This document shows, one piece after another, positions 13,976 to 27,029 of a stretch of DNA of 64,000 nucleotides (position 1 is the stretch's first letter; the number at the start of each line of letters is the position of its first letter). The notes below the pieces were generated by a model. The model was not told the origin of the DNA, made no database searches, and worked only from the letters and a program-made list of their open reading frames with translations. The DNA is from Anthoceros angustus. Its lineage: Eukaryota > Plantae > Anthocerotophyta. Location of the stretch: NCBI GenBank assembly GCA_010909165.1, contig VJWM01000126.1, positions 769,703 through 833,702 on the forward strand, in the 5' to 3' direction. Position numbers and translations under genes: made by a program.

Positions 13976-16897
13976 TTGGACTCGTTGCTGAATGGAGGCG
14001 GAAGTCATTTCTTCACACCGCATGAGACGTTTAAAGCGGCTCAAAAAGCCTCGAGCAAGGCCTCGGAAGAGAGCCTTGTGAGAGACGGCACTGGATCGGG
14101 CACCGGGCACCAGCGGGCCCGAGAGTTGTTTTTTGATGCATCTGAATCTATTAAGTCGGATGCGCAATGTAGCAAGCATGCAGCTACCAGTGAGCATGGG
14201 AAGGGGGGTAGAAAGCGGGCCAGAAAACCGAGGGCTGGTACCGCTGATCCGGAAAATGAGGTAAGGACTGGGGACGGAGCGTCAGCTGAGGATGGTGTGC
14301 AGCTGGAGGATCTGACTGTGCCTGCGAGTAGAACGGAGGAGAGAGGAAAAGATGGTGCGAGCTCGAGGAAGAGCAAAATCCCTGTCAGCAAGCTTCCAGG
14401 GGCTTTCAGAAATGTAGGTGTGCAGGTGAACCTGGGGGCGCGGGCTACTAGGACTGTAAGCATGGTTCAGCAAGTGGAGTCAGGAGCAGGGCTGATAGGT
14501 GTGGGAGAAGAAGGGAGAGTTCTCTACGATGAGGCAGAGTCCTCCGCAACCTCGTCATCTTCTGGTGTTCAAAGGGGTATTGAGGTTGATAGTCCTTCAG
14601 TTGGCTTGGATGGAACGGTGGAGGCAGCAGTGCTTTCCAATAACCAAGGTGATGAAGGTGCACAAGGTCCTAACACCGTTGCTGCCAGCTTGGGCCATGG
14701 AAGAATGCCACTGGACCCGATGGATGCTTTCATGCCTGCGAACTTTGTACCGGTGGTTTGCCCTGTCACGGATCCACCAGATGTTAATCTGACTCCTGAA
14801 AGTTCGCCTACAATTGGAGCTCGGACCAGGTGGCGACGGCTTAGGCACACTGTGGCTTTTGCTACTCATATGGCCAATATCAGAGCTGCCTCCAGTGATT
14901 TGCTCGAGAACAGGGGGGGTGGTACAGCTGCGTTTGAGGGGGCAGACACAGTTGCAGCTCGGTGGAGGCCTAGGGGTAGACAAGGCATGGAGAGCATGAT
15001 AGTCAGACAGGAAAAGAGTTTCCTTTCATTTTTTCAAGACTTCTATGTCGCTTGCTTGAAGGTTCGTTATTCTGCGCAAGTTCACTTGGGATGGCTATTG
15101 GACAAGGATAAAAAGTAAGTTGCTTCAGTTGTATGCAGATGCCTATCAATCATTTCCTTATCGCCGTCTTCCTTGCACCTGTTGCATTGGGATTGTTCTT
15201 CACCCCATTCTATTTACTGGATACCGCTGGACTTAACTTTGACGAAGCCAACAAGAACGATCACAGTGAAAGCCAAGTGCAATCAGCAAGGCAAACAGTT
15301 TCTATTGTTGTGAATGTATTTCTTTATGCGTAAGTAAGATTGTCCTTTGGCAATTGCAATGGCATGGACTTGTTCAAATGTGTTTAAACAACTATTATGT
15401 GACTGGAATCGATTGGCAGCTGCTGGAGAGTCTGACAGATTGGTTGGATTGCAGATTATCATTGTCCACGACCTTTGGAGGTTCTCCAGTTACTGCTTTC
15501 TCACCATTTTGTCTTCTTGTCGGAAATGTGAACACTCTTTTGGCACAATTCTTGTTTGTGTTCCTCAGTGGGGCTGGTGAGTCGGAGATGACCACTTTAG
15601 CTCTGTCTCAGTTTCTAGGCAAGCTTACAGCCTGCCCAGCTGAGAACGGAGACCCTGGGATATGTATTGTGCAGTTTTTGCCCGCATGTCACAACCGTCT
15701 CACCCTGTGCGCTGCTCAAAGAAAGCTGTGATCAGGGAAGGTGACTTTGTGCCTTCAGTTGACGATACGAAAGAGAGATTCCGGTAAGCTTTTTGTGACA
15801 TGACAGATCTTTTGACCTAGCTGCCGTGCCAGCAATCTGGTAGTCGAGTAAATGTCTGCTGTCTCGTCCAACCTTGTTTCAGAGTTTTGGCAGTACGTTT
15901 AGTGCTCACTGGGCCACCGCCGTGCGAGCTGGTGGATGCAAAGATTTGCCTCATTTTCAGGATATTTATCAAGCTTCCAACAGGTTCTATGTTTTGCACC
16001 ACACAGAACCTGAACCTTCTCCGCTCAGAGGTGAGTTGCATGGTTCCTGGGCTTTACACATAGCTACATCAGCGCGTGATGCTTAGAGCCTCAGAATGAT
16101 TGTCCTTGACAGGTGTCCTATTTGCGGTACGGTATCATGGTACGCCATGTAATCGACAGAGACAGCCCTGTTTACGGGTATACCATGAAAACTCTGGAGG
16201 ACGGAGATGCCTCGTTCTCCTTGACTATTATGGCTTTGGAACGCACCTCAATGCAACCCATCTTTCATTTGGAGGTGCAGTTTCTGTTCGAGCTTTCTCT
16301 TGCACGAATTATCCTGGAAACTTGGGCAGCTGATGTTTCTTGGGCCATCCTGTCCAGGACTACTTTGTACATGACGGTGATGTAGTGTGGGATGGAGACT
16401 ACGAGGACTTCATAACCCTGAACCCCAAAGGTCAAAGGGTCCTTGATCACTCGAAGATCGACGCTCTGAGACCATTCAAGGTGCCCAGATAAACTGTCTT
16501 TCAACACTTGCGTTCGACCGGTCTTCCCTCACCAGAGAATGACTTGGTGCCTGCTGTCCTGCAGGTCGCGGGCATTGTTAGTCAGGCCATCACCAGAATG
16601 GAAGGGAATGTGGCCAAGCGCAAGGAGCAGGATGCCGGGAACTCCAAAGTGCCGTCGGCTAATTCCGAGCCCACTGCTGCTGCAGCTGCTCATCAGGAAC
16701 CTTCTCAAGGAGATTTCGCTTTAGAGCAGAAGGTTCTGAACAGGTGGGTGAGTGGGCTTCGAAACCGAAAGCTGTGGGAGATCAAATCCTCGTCCTTCAC
16801 CAGGGCACCCAGTGATCATGCAGTCCGGTTTCAATCGACACCCCGACCTAAGCCCCCTGAAATGATAGCGGAAGCGGATTCAGGGACAGGCAGCTAG
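13976..16897 (+). CDS. Inward-rectifier K+ channel-like protein (Kir/KirBac fold) with a long low-complexity N-terminus; start codon uncertain
   Basis: Spliced exons (..15061, 15139-15329, 15455-15576, 15675-15783, 15883-16030, 16113-16274, 16357-16480, 16565-16897) give FQDFYVACLKMP (slide helix), TM1 HFLIAVFLAPVALGLFFTPFYLL, pore FLYALSLSTTFGGSP, TM2 ...FLFVFLSGAVFARMSQP (compare KirBac AFIKMSQP), and cytoplasmic VRHVIDRDSPVYG and DHSKID motifs. Confidence 0.85.
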
Positions 16898-17136
16898 TAA
16901 GGCACTGCTGACCTTCATGATTCCGATAGTTTACGATTCAAAAAATGGCAAACGGTCCTGTGGTAGGCTAATGACACAGTTTCTCTTGACTGATCTAGCA
17001 GGCCTACACACCCTCCGTGAAGACTGATGGAGAATAAAATCGCCTCTCCCGGTAATACGAGAGCAACTAAATGACGAGCCGAAGCATGTGGGCATGTACA
17101 GGACCTCTCCCGTACAGCAAGGACACGAAACATGTA

Positions 17137-18590
17137 TCAATTCTTGATCAGCTTCTGCGGAGGGTGTGCTTGACCCTGCACCGGCTCCTGCCGCCGTTTC
17201 CTCGAGACGTGGGGATCTATCGACCGCGCCCGGCTGTAGTTGAATTGCGCCAAGGATGCATCTACTTCTGGATGCTCCGCAAGAAACCTGAAGGCAGCCA
17301 ACATCAGAAGCTTCCAAATGGCCAACAGAGACTCAGCCTAAAGTGATCTGCAAAGGGTAGGATTGCAGCCGAAAACTCACTTGATTACGTCATTCATCGA
17401 CCTAAGCGTCTTGCCATCAGGAGTGACGTAGTACCTGCATCCAAAATTCGCGCGTTTAGGCAAATATGTACTGCAACACGAGAGATGTGAAAGAGATGAC
17501 AGTGGAGGGAAGCTTACACGTCTGAGAATATGGTTGAGCCTTCCCCGCGGATGACAACCTTTCTCTCCCAACCAGGAGGGGGCTGAGCGATATTGGACTT
17601 GTCTATCGCCCACACGAAGCCCACATCACCGAGGGAGATTTCTGCTTCCTGGGCGCAGGAGGAGCCGGGGCTCCATTGGTCCGCATATTCACACCTAAAA
17701 GGATGCCTCGAGTTCATCGCCCTGATGTACTCGTATACCTGCTGGTTGGGAGCCCACCTCCACTTGCCGCATTCACAGCACTGCACAATGTAGGAGCCAA
17801 CAGTGCAAGCCGGCCGGCGGGGGCCATCGTGCAGAGTCCGGATGTTCTTCCCGCTGCCAGTACCTGGAGCTGGCCGCACTGCTTGCAGACTGAAACCTGG
17901 GCCGCTCCCCCCTGGTTCTCTTGCGGCCAGAGGCATGGGGGTCGCCTGCGATAATGGATGACTGATGATGGCTCCCTGAGAAGCTCCATTCTGAAATCCT
18001 GAGGAAGCTCCAAGCTGCCCCCACTCTGCCGCAGCCTTGGCGAGGGCCACTTCCCGGCATGCTGCAGCCTCGGGCCCCACGGCTGCTGTTCCATAGATCA
18101 CCTCTGCCTTGGGAACAACCAGCACCTTCTCCTTCTCCTTCTCCTTCGCCCGAACCATCACCATCCCAGCAACAGCATGATGTGCACTCCACCCCGGCCC
18201 CTGCTGCAGCACGGCATCTGGAAACAAATGCCGATTCCCATTCTGGGGAGTAATCGGACTCCTACCTGCAGGCTTCCCATCCAGCAGCGCAGCTGGTGGA
18301 GGCTTGACAGAAGAATCGGACGACTCATCATCCGAGATGCAGATCACCTCCCTGCCATCCACCCTGGGACTCGGAACTGGCAGCCCCATCTCCATCACTA
18401 CATCCTCTGCGGGTGCCACCAAGCCCGGTGCCGGGCCCATCTCTCCATCCCCCTGCCCAATAGCAGAATCAACTTCCTCCATGGACAGCCCCATCTCCAC
18501 ATCCTCCTCCTCCACTGACAAGCACTCCGTTTTCACCTTCACCGAACTCAGAGCAACCAAATGCCCGCCTGCAGCAGACTGCTCAGCCAT
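17137..18590 (-). CDS. CW-type zinc finger + methyl-CpG-binding domain (MBD) protein, 3 exons (18590-17518, 17434-17381, 17287-17137)
   Basis: YIVQCCECGKWRW...PFRC...C (zf-CW) followed by PPPGWERKVVIRGEGSTIFSDVYYVTPDGKTLRSMNDVIKFL (MBD); GT-AG introns restore the frame. Confidence 0.88.
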
Positions 18591-19117
18591 GGCCCCCGGC
18601 CCCTTTCCGCCACTCACCAACCTCCCAGCTTCAGCAACCCACATTCAAGAGCTGCCCTGCCCAGGATACCTGCACGTCCCGTCTGCAGTACCCCACACAT
18701 CGTGACAATCACACACCTCACTCTCCAAGCACAAGCCTACAGTAGTCGCTCAGCAACGCTATCCGCAACCAAAGTGCGCAAATTGCACTACACCTCTGCA
18801 GCATTGGGGCTGTAAGTGGAGGGAGGGAAGACATGGAGGCTCTCGGGTTCCGGTTCCCGGTTTCCCAGACTGTCAGTGTCTCTACTCCCCGGCTGGCATG
18901 GTCTGGGATAGGCAATTCTACTGCTTCCATAGCTACTCCTGCATACATGGGTATCCGGGACAGGATTCTTAGCATCATGATTTCTCACCCGCTTACTTAT
19001 TGCTCTCCGTGCTACACATCTCCCAAGCTGAAGCTCCCCCAACGCCCCACGGTATCCGGAGCCTGCACCCTGCATCCCTTTCAAAGTCAGTACACCGCGC
19101 AGGTGCCACGCACTTGG

Positions 19118-20015
19118 CCTCCATTATTACTCTCATTCACATTATAATCCATGGTCAATGTCATCACGCCAACACACACTTTCATATTTGCAATTATCTC
19201 GGAAGCGTATCTATCCACGCATATGCAGATCATCTACTAAGGCTAGAAGAAGTCTAGAAAATAGAAGTTCATCATATATAAACTAATCATACAAATTCAC
19301 TCCAATAAAACAATAATTCATATGAAAGAAGAGATCAAACATGACGTACTCGTAAAAATAAAACCCTCAAAAACTGATCAACAACAAAACCAAGAAGATG
19401 TTGGAGGATGAATTGGCCGGACACCACTCTACATATATACGGAAAAATTTGAGATCGTTTCGATGACCAAATGATTTTTTTCGAGGATAGTGTCTTAAGT
19501 TATAAAATTTACATATAAATCTTAATCCAAAAAAAATAAATGTTGAAAAACTTGAGACAAACATTGCACTTTATTGAATTTTTATACAAATATGTATCCT
19601 TCATTGCAAATTTTGATTCCCGAATTTATTATTTTTTATCATCCCTCATGGAGTGTCTTGCTAAAGCTGTCAAATTGTGGTGCATATTAATTTCGGGCAT
19701 TATCTCTCCTTCCATGCACAGGACCTCCATTATTTTCACATTCATATTATAATCGATAGTCCATGTCCTAACATCAACACATTTCTCATTTGCAATTATC
19801 TGTGAAGCATATCTATCGAGGCATATGCATATGATCTACCAAGACTATAAGTCTAGAAAATAAAAGTTCATCACATAAACTAATTATACAAATTCACTTC
19901 AATAAAAAAAATAATTCATATGGAAGAAGAGATCGAAATGTGACGTACTAACAAAAATAAATCCCACAAAAACTAATCAATAACAAAACCAAGAAGATTT
20001 TGGAGGATGAATTGG
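19118..20015. repeat. Diverged AT-rich direct repeat of about 295 bp (19118-19416 and 19724-20015)
   Basis: Collinear blocks CCTCCATTATT, TTTGCAATTATCT, AGTCTAGAAAATA and ACAAAACCAAGAAGAT...GGAGGATGAATTGG occur in both copies. Confidence 0.85.
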
Positions 20016-20229
20016 TTGATTATGGCATACCAAAGAGGACAGAGGGGACGAATATTTTTTCTCTGCCGCAAAACTTTTGGTGTCTGGTTTGGTAACCCGA
20101 CCGAAATGGGGTAGCCCAAAGGACTAAAGCGCCACTGCGTCACCGAAGACGGAAAGGGAACTTTAGGGTTTTTTTCCCCACACTCACGTGTGTTTTTCTC
20201 GCCAAGACGCATCAAGAAATTTTTTCCGG

Positions 20230-20880
20230 CCGAACGCTCCTTTAGGGTGCGCTAGGTGGCATAGGCAAGCCACCGCCCGCTTTTAGGTTCATGTCCCAAG
20301 AGGTGGGCGCATGGTTTAGGCGGCAAAACACCGATTGGCGTCTGGCGCCCACACGCACTGTGGGGCCAGGCGGGCACGGACGGGGCAAAGGGGCGAGGCC
20401 CGATGCGGGCGGCGGCGACGAGGTGCGAGGCAAGCGTGTCGCAGCGCGGCGGCGCGGCGTTGCGGGCCCGGCGCGCGCGGCGGCGGCGTGTGCAGGCGCT
20501 TTGCTGCCAGCGCTCACCGGGACCGGGCGCGGCACGCAGCGGGCGGCGGGCTGCAATGGGCGAGGCACGGGCGGCGGGCTGCGTCGGGCCTTGGGACCGA
20601 GGCGGAACGAGGGACGAGGCGCGGCGGTGGGCCTTCAATCGCCGATGGATCGGACGCTGGCGGGCCTGCAGTGGCGAGGGACGAGGCGGGCGGTGAAGGG
20701 AAGGCGAGAAGGCGGGTGAAGGGAAGGAGCGGGCGGGTGAAGGGAAGGAAGAAGGCGGTGGGAAGGGAAGGCGAGGCGGGCGGGCGGGCAGGCGGGCGGG
20801 CGGCCGCAGCGAGGCGGGGGCAACGGATGCGGTGTGTGCGGGCGGGGCGCAGCTGCGTGGCGGGCTGCGAGGAGGAGGCA
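20230..20880. other. Extremely GC/CpG-rich low-complexity tract at the edge of the TE island
   Basis: Dense GGCGG/GCGC runs and GGGTGAAGGGAAGG repeats; overlapping spurious ORFs in all frames. Confidence 0.6.
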
Positions 20881-22080
20881 CCCATGGTATCAGCCCTCCC
20901 ATCCTCGCACTCAATGTGGAATATGAAAGTTTGGGCACTCTACTTTTTGGATCAAAAGGATCAAACTAGAGCAAAACTAGAGCAGAGTAAGCGAACGGAG
21001 AGAATTGAAGTGAAGTGGAAGAGAATTGTCAGAAGATCTTGAGGCAATTTGTTGGAGAATGAGGAGTAGAGGGTGAAGGCAATTAAACCAAGAAAGTAGC
21101 TTGAGGTTGCTGCACAAGCAGTTGTTGATAGGCTTGCAGAGGCAAAGGCCTGATTATTGGGGGCCACCACCTAGTTTAAGGGGAAGGCAAAAGTAATTTG
21201 CCACACATGTGGAAGAAGTGAGACATGGGCAGGTGCTCATATTGCTGAGATTTTGCAGCAAGGAGGACTGCTAGGTAGAGATGTGTGGCGGTTGCTGGAA
21301 GATGGGCCAAGTGCCGTAATGGTGGAATTGTGCAGGATGCATTGCGGGGCTCTAGGCTGGGAGCTCGATGCATGCGAGAGAGGAGAAGCAATTGGTGCAA
21401 GGATGGGAGCGAGGAGCTCATGTTCGTGGTGAGCAGCCACAAGGGTTGCAAGAGGAGGCCATGGCGGTGCCGAGGCACATGGAAGATCTCTCAATGGAGT
21501 CACGATGTGAGGATGGCCGTGTGTTGAACTAGGAAAGGCCAGTGGTAGAGCACTCACTTTGAATTTGTAGCGGGCTGCAAGATGGAGGTGTGGCCAAACC
21601 ATAGGAAGGCAGTGTTGCAGGTGGGCTGCAACATGGTGAAGGGATCACAACGGGGTGTGCATCATGACGGCGGAATTTGCAGTGGGGCTGCAAGTCAAAG
21701 TGAAGGGAGGCCGTTGTGGTGGCCGCGAGGAGAATTGGGCTGCAAGGAGGGTTGATACGAGATGGAGTTGAGGCGTGAGGAGTTCACCGGGGAATAAATC
21801 CACTTTATTCAGGTTGAGTGTTGTGTAGCCAATTTGGTGTGTTGGATAGTGAAGTGTAAGAACTCTAGAGACAAGCCCCTTAGGGGCGGATCAGTACTGA
21901 GATGGGGTGCCTTTTGTGTGAGGTGTTTCAGCTTATTATATGTGCAGAAGTCACATGAGAGCTAACTGGGAGAGTGTTTGAGTGGTGCACCCTACGCGGA
22001 GGAGGTGTAGGGTGGTAGTGGACGTAGGGCATGGCACTCCCCCTCTGAGGGAGGTGCGAGTAGGTGTAGAAGGTGTGTAT

Positions 22081-22134
22081 TGTATGTATGTATGTATGTA
22101 TGTATGTATGTATGTATGTATGTATGTATGTATG

Positions 22135-22171
<37 letters not shown>
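22081..22171. repeat. Compound microsatellite (TATG)n-(TA)n
   Basis: Directly visible. Confidence 0.97.
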
Positions 22172-22175
<4 letters not shown>

Positions 22176-22229
22176 TATATATTATGTATGTGGGTAGGAC
22201 GGTCCATAAGTAGGGGCACTGTCCCTACC

Positions 22230-22780
22230 GATGTAGGGAACAAGGTAGGGAACAAGTAGGGGACAGAGATGCGGGTAGTATGTAGGGTGACCAGGGTGGC
22301 CACATGGGTAGGATGTAGGGTAGCGGGGGCTCCCTCGGGCATTAGTTAGGTAGGTAGATCGATGTAGGGTGTAGGGAACAAGTAGGATGAGAGATGCGGT
22401 AGTATGTAGGGTGACTGTGGTGGCCCTACATGGGATGTATAGGGTGTGGCTCACGCATTAGTTAGGTAGGTAGATCGATGTAGGGAACAAGGTAGGGAAC
22501 AAGTAGGGGACAGAGATGCGGGTAGTATGTAGGGTGACCAGGGTGGCCCTATATGGGTAGGATGTAGGGTAGCAGGGGCTCCCTACGGGCATTAGTTAGG
22601 TAGGTAGATAGGTAGGATGAGAGTTTCTCCCTACCGTAGGGAGTGGCGAGGTCTCCCTACCATAGGGAGTGGTGAGGTCTCCATTAGTTAGGTAGGTAGA
22701 TAGGTAGGATGAGAGTTTCTCCCTACCGTAGGGAGTGGCGAGGTTTTCCTACCTTAGGGAGTGGTGAGGTCTCCCTAAGT
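22230..22780. repeat. Complex GTAGG-rich minisatellite (two nested unit types)
   Basis: GTAGGGAACAAG...GAGATGCGG(G)TAGTATGTAGGGTGAC x3, CATTAGTTAGGTAGGTAGAT x4, CCTACC(G/A/T)TAGGGAGTGG(C/T)GAGGT x4. Confidence 0.85.
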
Positions 22781-23724
22781 GGGCAACGGAGGTCCAGATA
22801 AGGCAGGTACAAACCTAGAAAGTTGCTAAAGAGGACTACATAGGCAAGGTTGTGGATAAATAGGGTATATTAGGAATAGAACATAAATATGTGGGGTAGG
22901 TAGTGTAGGGTGCTTTTATGAGGACGGTGGAAATGGTGCCACATGGCAAGGAATCAACAACGGCCTATATCAAGGAGTTTCACTGTCACTACCAAAGGGC
23001 CATGCAAGCGGGTGTGTGGGGCACTGGCACCTCAAGCCCCAGGGTCCGGAGGAAGAGCTTGTGCATGCGGGAAAGCTAGGGCAAGGACTTGGTGAGAATG
23101 CGGTGCCTATGTGTGTGCAAGGAGAAGGAGGTGTGCGTGCATGGAGTTGTGTGAAGGGATTTGAAGCACAACTGGAAGAGGCAGCGCTGAATTTTGTGCC
23201 TAGGACCTTGCAAGGGAGAGATTTGGGCGCACATAAGGAGTCAGCTGTGAGGACATCAAGTTTGAGCTAGGTGGAGCGGGAGTGAAGAGGAAGTAAGGGA
23301 AAGGGCTGAAGTTGCTCTCTTGGTGGATTTTGTGTGTGGCAGTGAAGAAAGCTCGCAATTGTGTGTGTAGAAACCGAGGTGACAACTAGGTAGAAACGAG
23401 CAAGTGGGTGTGCCCAAGCTTGTCTTGTTTGTGCTTATCTTGAAGGGTGCAAGATGGTGAAAGGCCGCACCTAAGAAGGCAAGCTGGTTGCTAGGGAGCT
23501 GTGGAGAATGCATGCAGATGGTGCTTCCTGCATGTGGAGGCTAGGCACTTGGTGGCATTCGAGATGGTTTCAACTGACAGCCCAACACATCCGGCTGTAT
23601 ATGGAAGGCCGAGGATGACTCGAGGAGGAAGAGGAAGGCATGGAGCAAGATCCGCTCACGGAGACCTTCTGCGGTGGAGGTGTGTGGAGGCGGTAGGGCG
23701 TAAGAATTGACTCACATACATCCG

Positions 23725-23890
23725 GGGAGGTGTAAGAAGTTGACCCTCGTCCGTGAGGGTGTGAAGTTGACTCCCACGTCGTAGGAGGTGTGAAGTTGAC
23801 CTCACGTCCGTGAGGAGGTGTGAGAGGTGGCCCCACATCCGTAGGATCACCAGGCAGCGACGCGCTGTGAGATGCCGGAGGTAATTGAAG
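23725..23890. repeat. Degenerate minisatellite of about 30-33 bp (GGAGGTGTGAAGTTGAC...CGTCCGTGA)
   Basis: About 4-5 imperfect copies. Confidence 0.7.
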
Positions 23891-24844
23891 GGGTTGGTAG
23901 CTTGAGCAGTGTGAGCTCGTTGCTGAAAATATTGGGCGTGGGATGGTGTGTGTGAGGAAATTGTGGAGGGATGGAGCGAACCACGGAAGAGCATGGGTCT
24001 CTTCTCCACCAAGCTTAGATTTCATGATGTGGAGTGTGTGGCCTCGGAGGAGCCAAATGGAATAGTGCGGAGCAACGTTATGGAGTCAATGCGCGAGGCA
24101 AGTGGAGGATTTATGGTAGATTGGTTAGGATTTGGAGTGAGAACTCTTAGGATTTTGGCGCTGTGATTGTTTGTTACTCATTGTTAAAATAGGAGATTGG
24201 AGAGTTTTCTAGTGATTGTCATGATGACTGAAAGAGTGGGTAGTGATTTTAATGCTGGCTGGCGGCTATTAGTTTATAAAGTGGTTGAGGAAGAACGAGT
24301 GGAAAATGGGGAGGTGTGGCCAAGGAGGCCTTGTATGAGCCCTATATAAGGGGCAGGTTTTGAAAGAAAAATATCGTCTTGCTGGCTCCCAAACTCAGGT
24401 CCTTTGCTCCTTGTAGAGGATTTAATTGCTAACGCGATTGTCCGTAGAGAGGAGTTTGCGGTGGTCGGAGTGCTTGGCGGAGGGCTCGGCTCCTGCGGGC
24501 GCTCTGGTGTTACCCTTGTGAATGGTTCGTGAAATTGCTTTGCTTTGGGTGTGTGGCGATGCCCAAGGAACTCTCGAGGGTAGACTTGGAAAGACTCACA
24601 GGTTCTCATTGTAGGTGCAAACTCATAGCAACGCCCAAGGAAGAACTTGTTGGCTTGTAGGCGACAGCCCAGGCGGCCGTGAGGGCGAGCTAGGGCCATT
24701 GAGCTAAGGTTAGATTAGGAGGATGAGGAGTTGAGTTGAGGTGAGTGTTGGAGGAGAATGTGGGCTGAATGTTGAGTAAAGGGTAGGTAGAGATTAGGAG
24801 TGAAGAGGCCCAAGTCGGAGCCTAGGAGGTCTCGCTCACGGGCT

Positions 24845-24955
24845 GCATAAGCGTTCAAGACACGGACAAACTATGTGTAAAAAGCGTTCACAATAACGCA
24901 CCCTTTTAAACAAACCTACACATACGCGCATCTTAAGACTATTCAAAAACTGTCA
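24845..24955 (-). repeat. Extra copy of the first ~110 bp (segment B) of the Gypsy LTR
   Basis: GCATA(A)GCGTTCAAGACAC...CTTAAGACTATTCAAAAACTGTCAATGGC occurs at 24845-24960 and 25425-25541. Confidence 0.9.
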
Positions 24956-24956
24956 A

Positions 24957-25536
24957 TGGCAAAATTTCATTTCAGTCTGGATGTGGAGTCCACCTCGCTC
25001 ACCCGCACTTCCCTAGAGCTATCGCTATGCAAGGAAACCTCAAATGCCACGTTTGGGATCCGTATGGTCGCTTCTAGAACAAACATCAGCAATCCGCCCT
25101 CCGATTGTTGGCCATCTTATCTTGCGCTCGCGTGCCTTCCTCGCCACATGCGCCCGCGGCGCCTTGACACCTCACGACGACAGACGATGCATCCCGTGGC
25201 GGTCGATACGCGTGATCACGGGTGATCATGATGTTGACACCCGCCATCCGCGGCGTTTGGCCATCCTCACAACCTGACGCATGTCATTGCATGCACATCC
25301 ATCATGCATGCCCATCGTGTGTGCATGTCCATAAGCGGGCATACATGCCATATTCATGCACATACATGCACCCACATACCCCTTCACATGTCATTTCATC
25401 GGTGGCATGGCGGTGCGCCATCGTCGCATAGCGTTCAAGACACACGGACAAACTATGTGTAAAACGTTCACAATAACCCGCACCCAAACAAACCTACACA
25501 TGCAAAGCGCATCTTAAGACTATTCAAAAACTGTCA
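24957..25536 (-). repeat. Complete 3' LTR of the Gypsy element (TGACAG...TTTTGCCA), made of segment B plus segment A
   Basis: Starts just after the PPT; segment A matches 33117-33561 and segment B (25425-25536) matches 24845-24955. Confidence 0.75.
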
Positions 25537-27029
25537 ATGGCCCCCCTGCCCAAGTAGCGGCTGCCATTGCCTGCTGAAGTAGCACTTGGGCATCATATCC
25601 CATAAAACCTTCTATAGAAACGCCGAAACATACTATCTTGAAGTTGGGGCTGAGAAGGGCACTCATACTGCGGCCCTGGGCCAATAAAGCTGCCACCGCC
25701 TCTCTTGGGGGGTATTCGATCCACTTGTGCCTTCCCGCCGCCGTTCTCGCTCGATGGCGAGCCATAAGTTCTTCTTCCTCATCATCAGCTAAGCTCGTTT
25801 AACTCGCCATCCGTGGCCCATTCAAGCCATTCATAGTCGCTTTCGCACTGGTGCGTAAATAATCACCGACGTTGTGGTTGAGCAAGTACCAAGACTCGGT
25901 AGGCTCATCCCATTCTAGAATTCTCGTCTAAGCAAACAGCGGTAAAAAGCTCTGGGTAGCCTATGGCGTCATCCCCGCTTTCTCCCGATGTAAATGACTA
26001 AGCCACACCTTCAAATCACAAACTGCGGTGTTTCTCCTGCTTATACATCAAAACCCTTCCTTGGGCGGTGATCAAACACCGATGCATAAAGAGGTGATGC
26101 TCCAATTTGCGAAATGCCCTTCATGTAGCTAGTCCACACGCGCCTATTCATTCCCTCGCAAGTTCAAACAAATCCTTGTGGTCATATGGAAAATTTTCGA
26201 CCTTGCAAGTCTCATGATGAGACTCACAGAAAAATGCCTGTAATTGGAATGTCTCCGGGTTTGCTGTGCCTGATATTTGCGAACCGGGAGTACGCCACTT
26301 ATCTTCCCATGGCCGCTCGAAATTGGGGCACACTATGATGCATCCTGCGGTGTCTTACATGTGTGATCCGCCTTGATCCATTGTCACACCTCTACACACA
26401 CCACAGCCTCCCGGCCGGGTCACAGTCACAATTCTCACCCGCCCGCCAAAGATGCGGTGAAGACTTGTTAGTGGCTTTTTCACGAGCCAACCTGGTGTCG
26501 GCCAACTCACCTGAACAACCGGCTCACAAGGCGCGATTGTCGTGACAAGGCTCTCAACTACCAGGTTGTGAGCTTGTCTCTTCCCGAATCGAAGCGACCT
26601 CAATCCAGATGACCAACAAATCACCTTGATGCGATGCCACGCGCGATCCGTTCCTCATGATGCCGATGCTTCGCCGTGCCTGCGCCTGATGACCTCCTAT
26701 CGCCAACGCCGCCCACCTTGTGTTTCAATTTGCACGATGCTTAGTTTGCGCCTGTCCCATCATGTGCGCCTCAATGCCTTAGTGCGGAACCTCTCGGCTA
26801 TTTCTACACCGATAACCTAACCCTTTGAACAAGTATGACCCCATTTCTGTAGGGCTTCAAACACTCATCTCGTTGTATTGCCATCATCCAAAACATCTAC
26901 CCCACTCATGCTCGTTGCCCGCTGCCGCGAACGGGCGCTGTACGTAGACCCTATTGGGTCGTGGTTGGCGAACTTGCAACATTCATGAGGCACCCACCGC
27001 CCCCACCACTTGATTTGCTTGTGGATGAG

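Larger units (their letters stand above)
20880..24844. mobile_element. Unclassified degenerate repeat/TE sequence (left part), probably continuing at 33565-34440 beyond the Gypsy insertion
   Basis: G-rich plus-strand bias, internal minisatellites, no spliceable host-like ORF; similar composition resumes after 33564. Confidence 0.35.

Noticed and set aside
20884-20893. TGGTATCAGC resembling a Met-tRNA PBS
   Set aside because: No matching LTR pair or gag-pol found around it.
20242-21042. Long overlapping Arg/Ala/Pro/Gly-rich ORFs (also in the GC arrays)
   Set aside because: Artefacts of stop-codon scarcity in very GC-rich repeats.
25550-27000. Tyrosine recombinase that would explain the split repeats
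   Set aside because: No R...HxxR...Y signature recognisable; the element has a DDE integrase.
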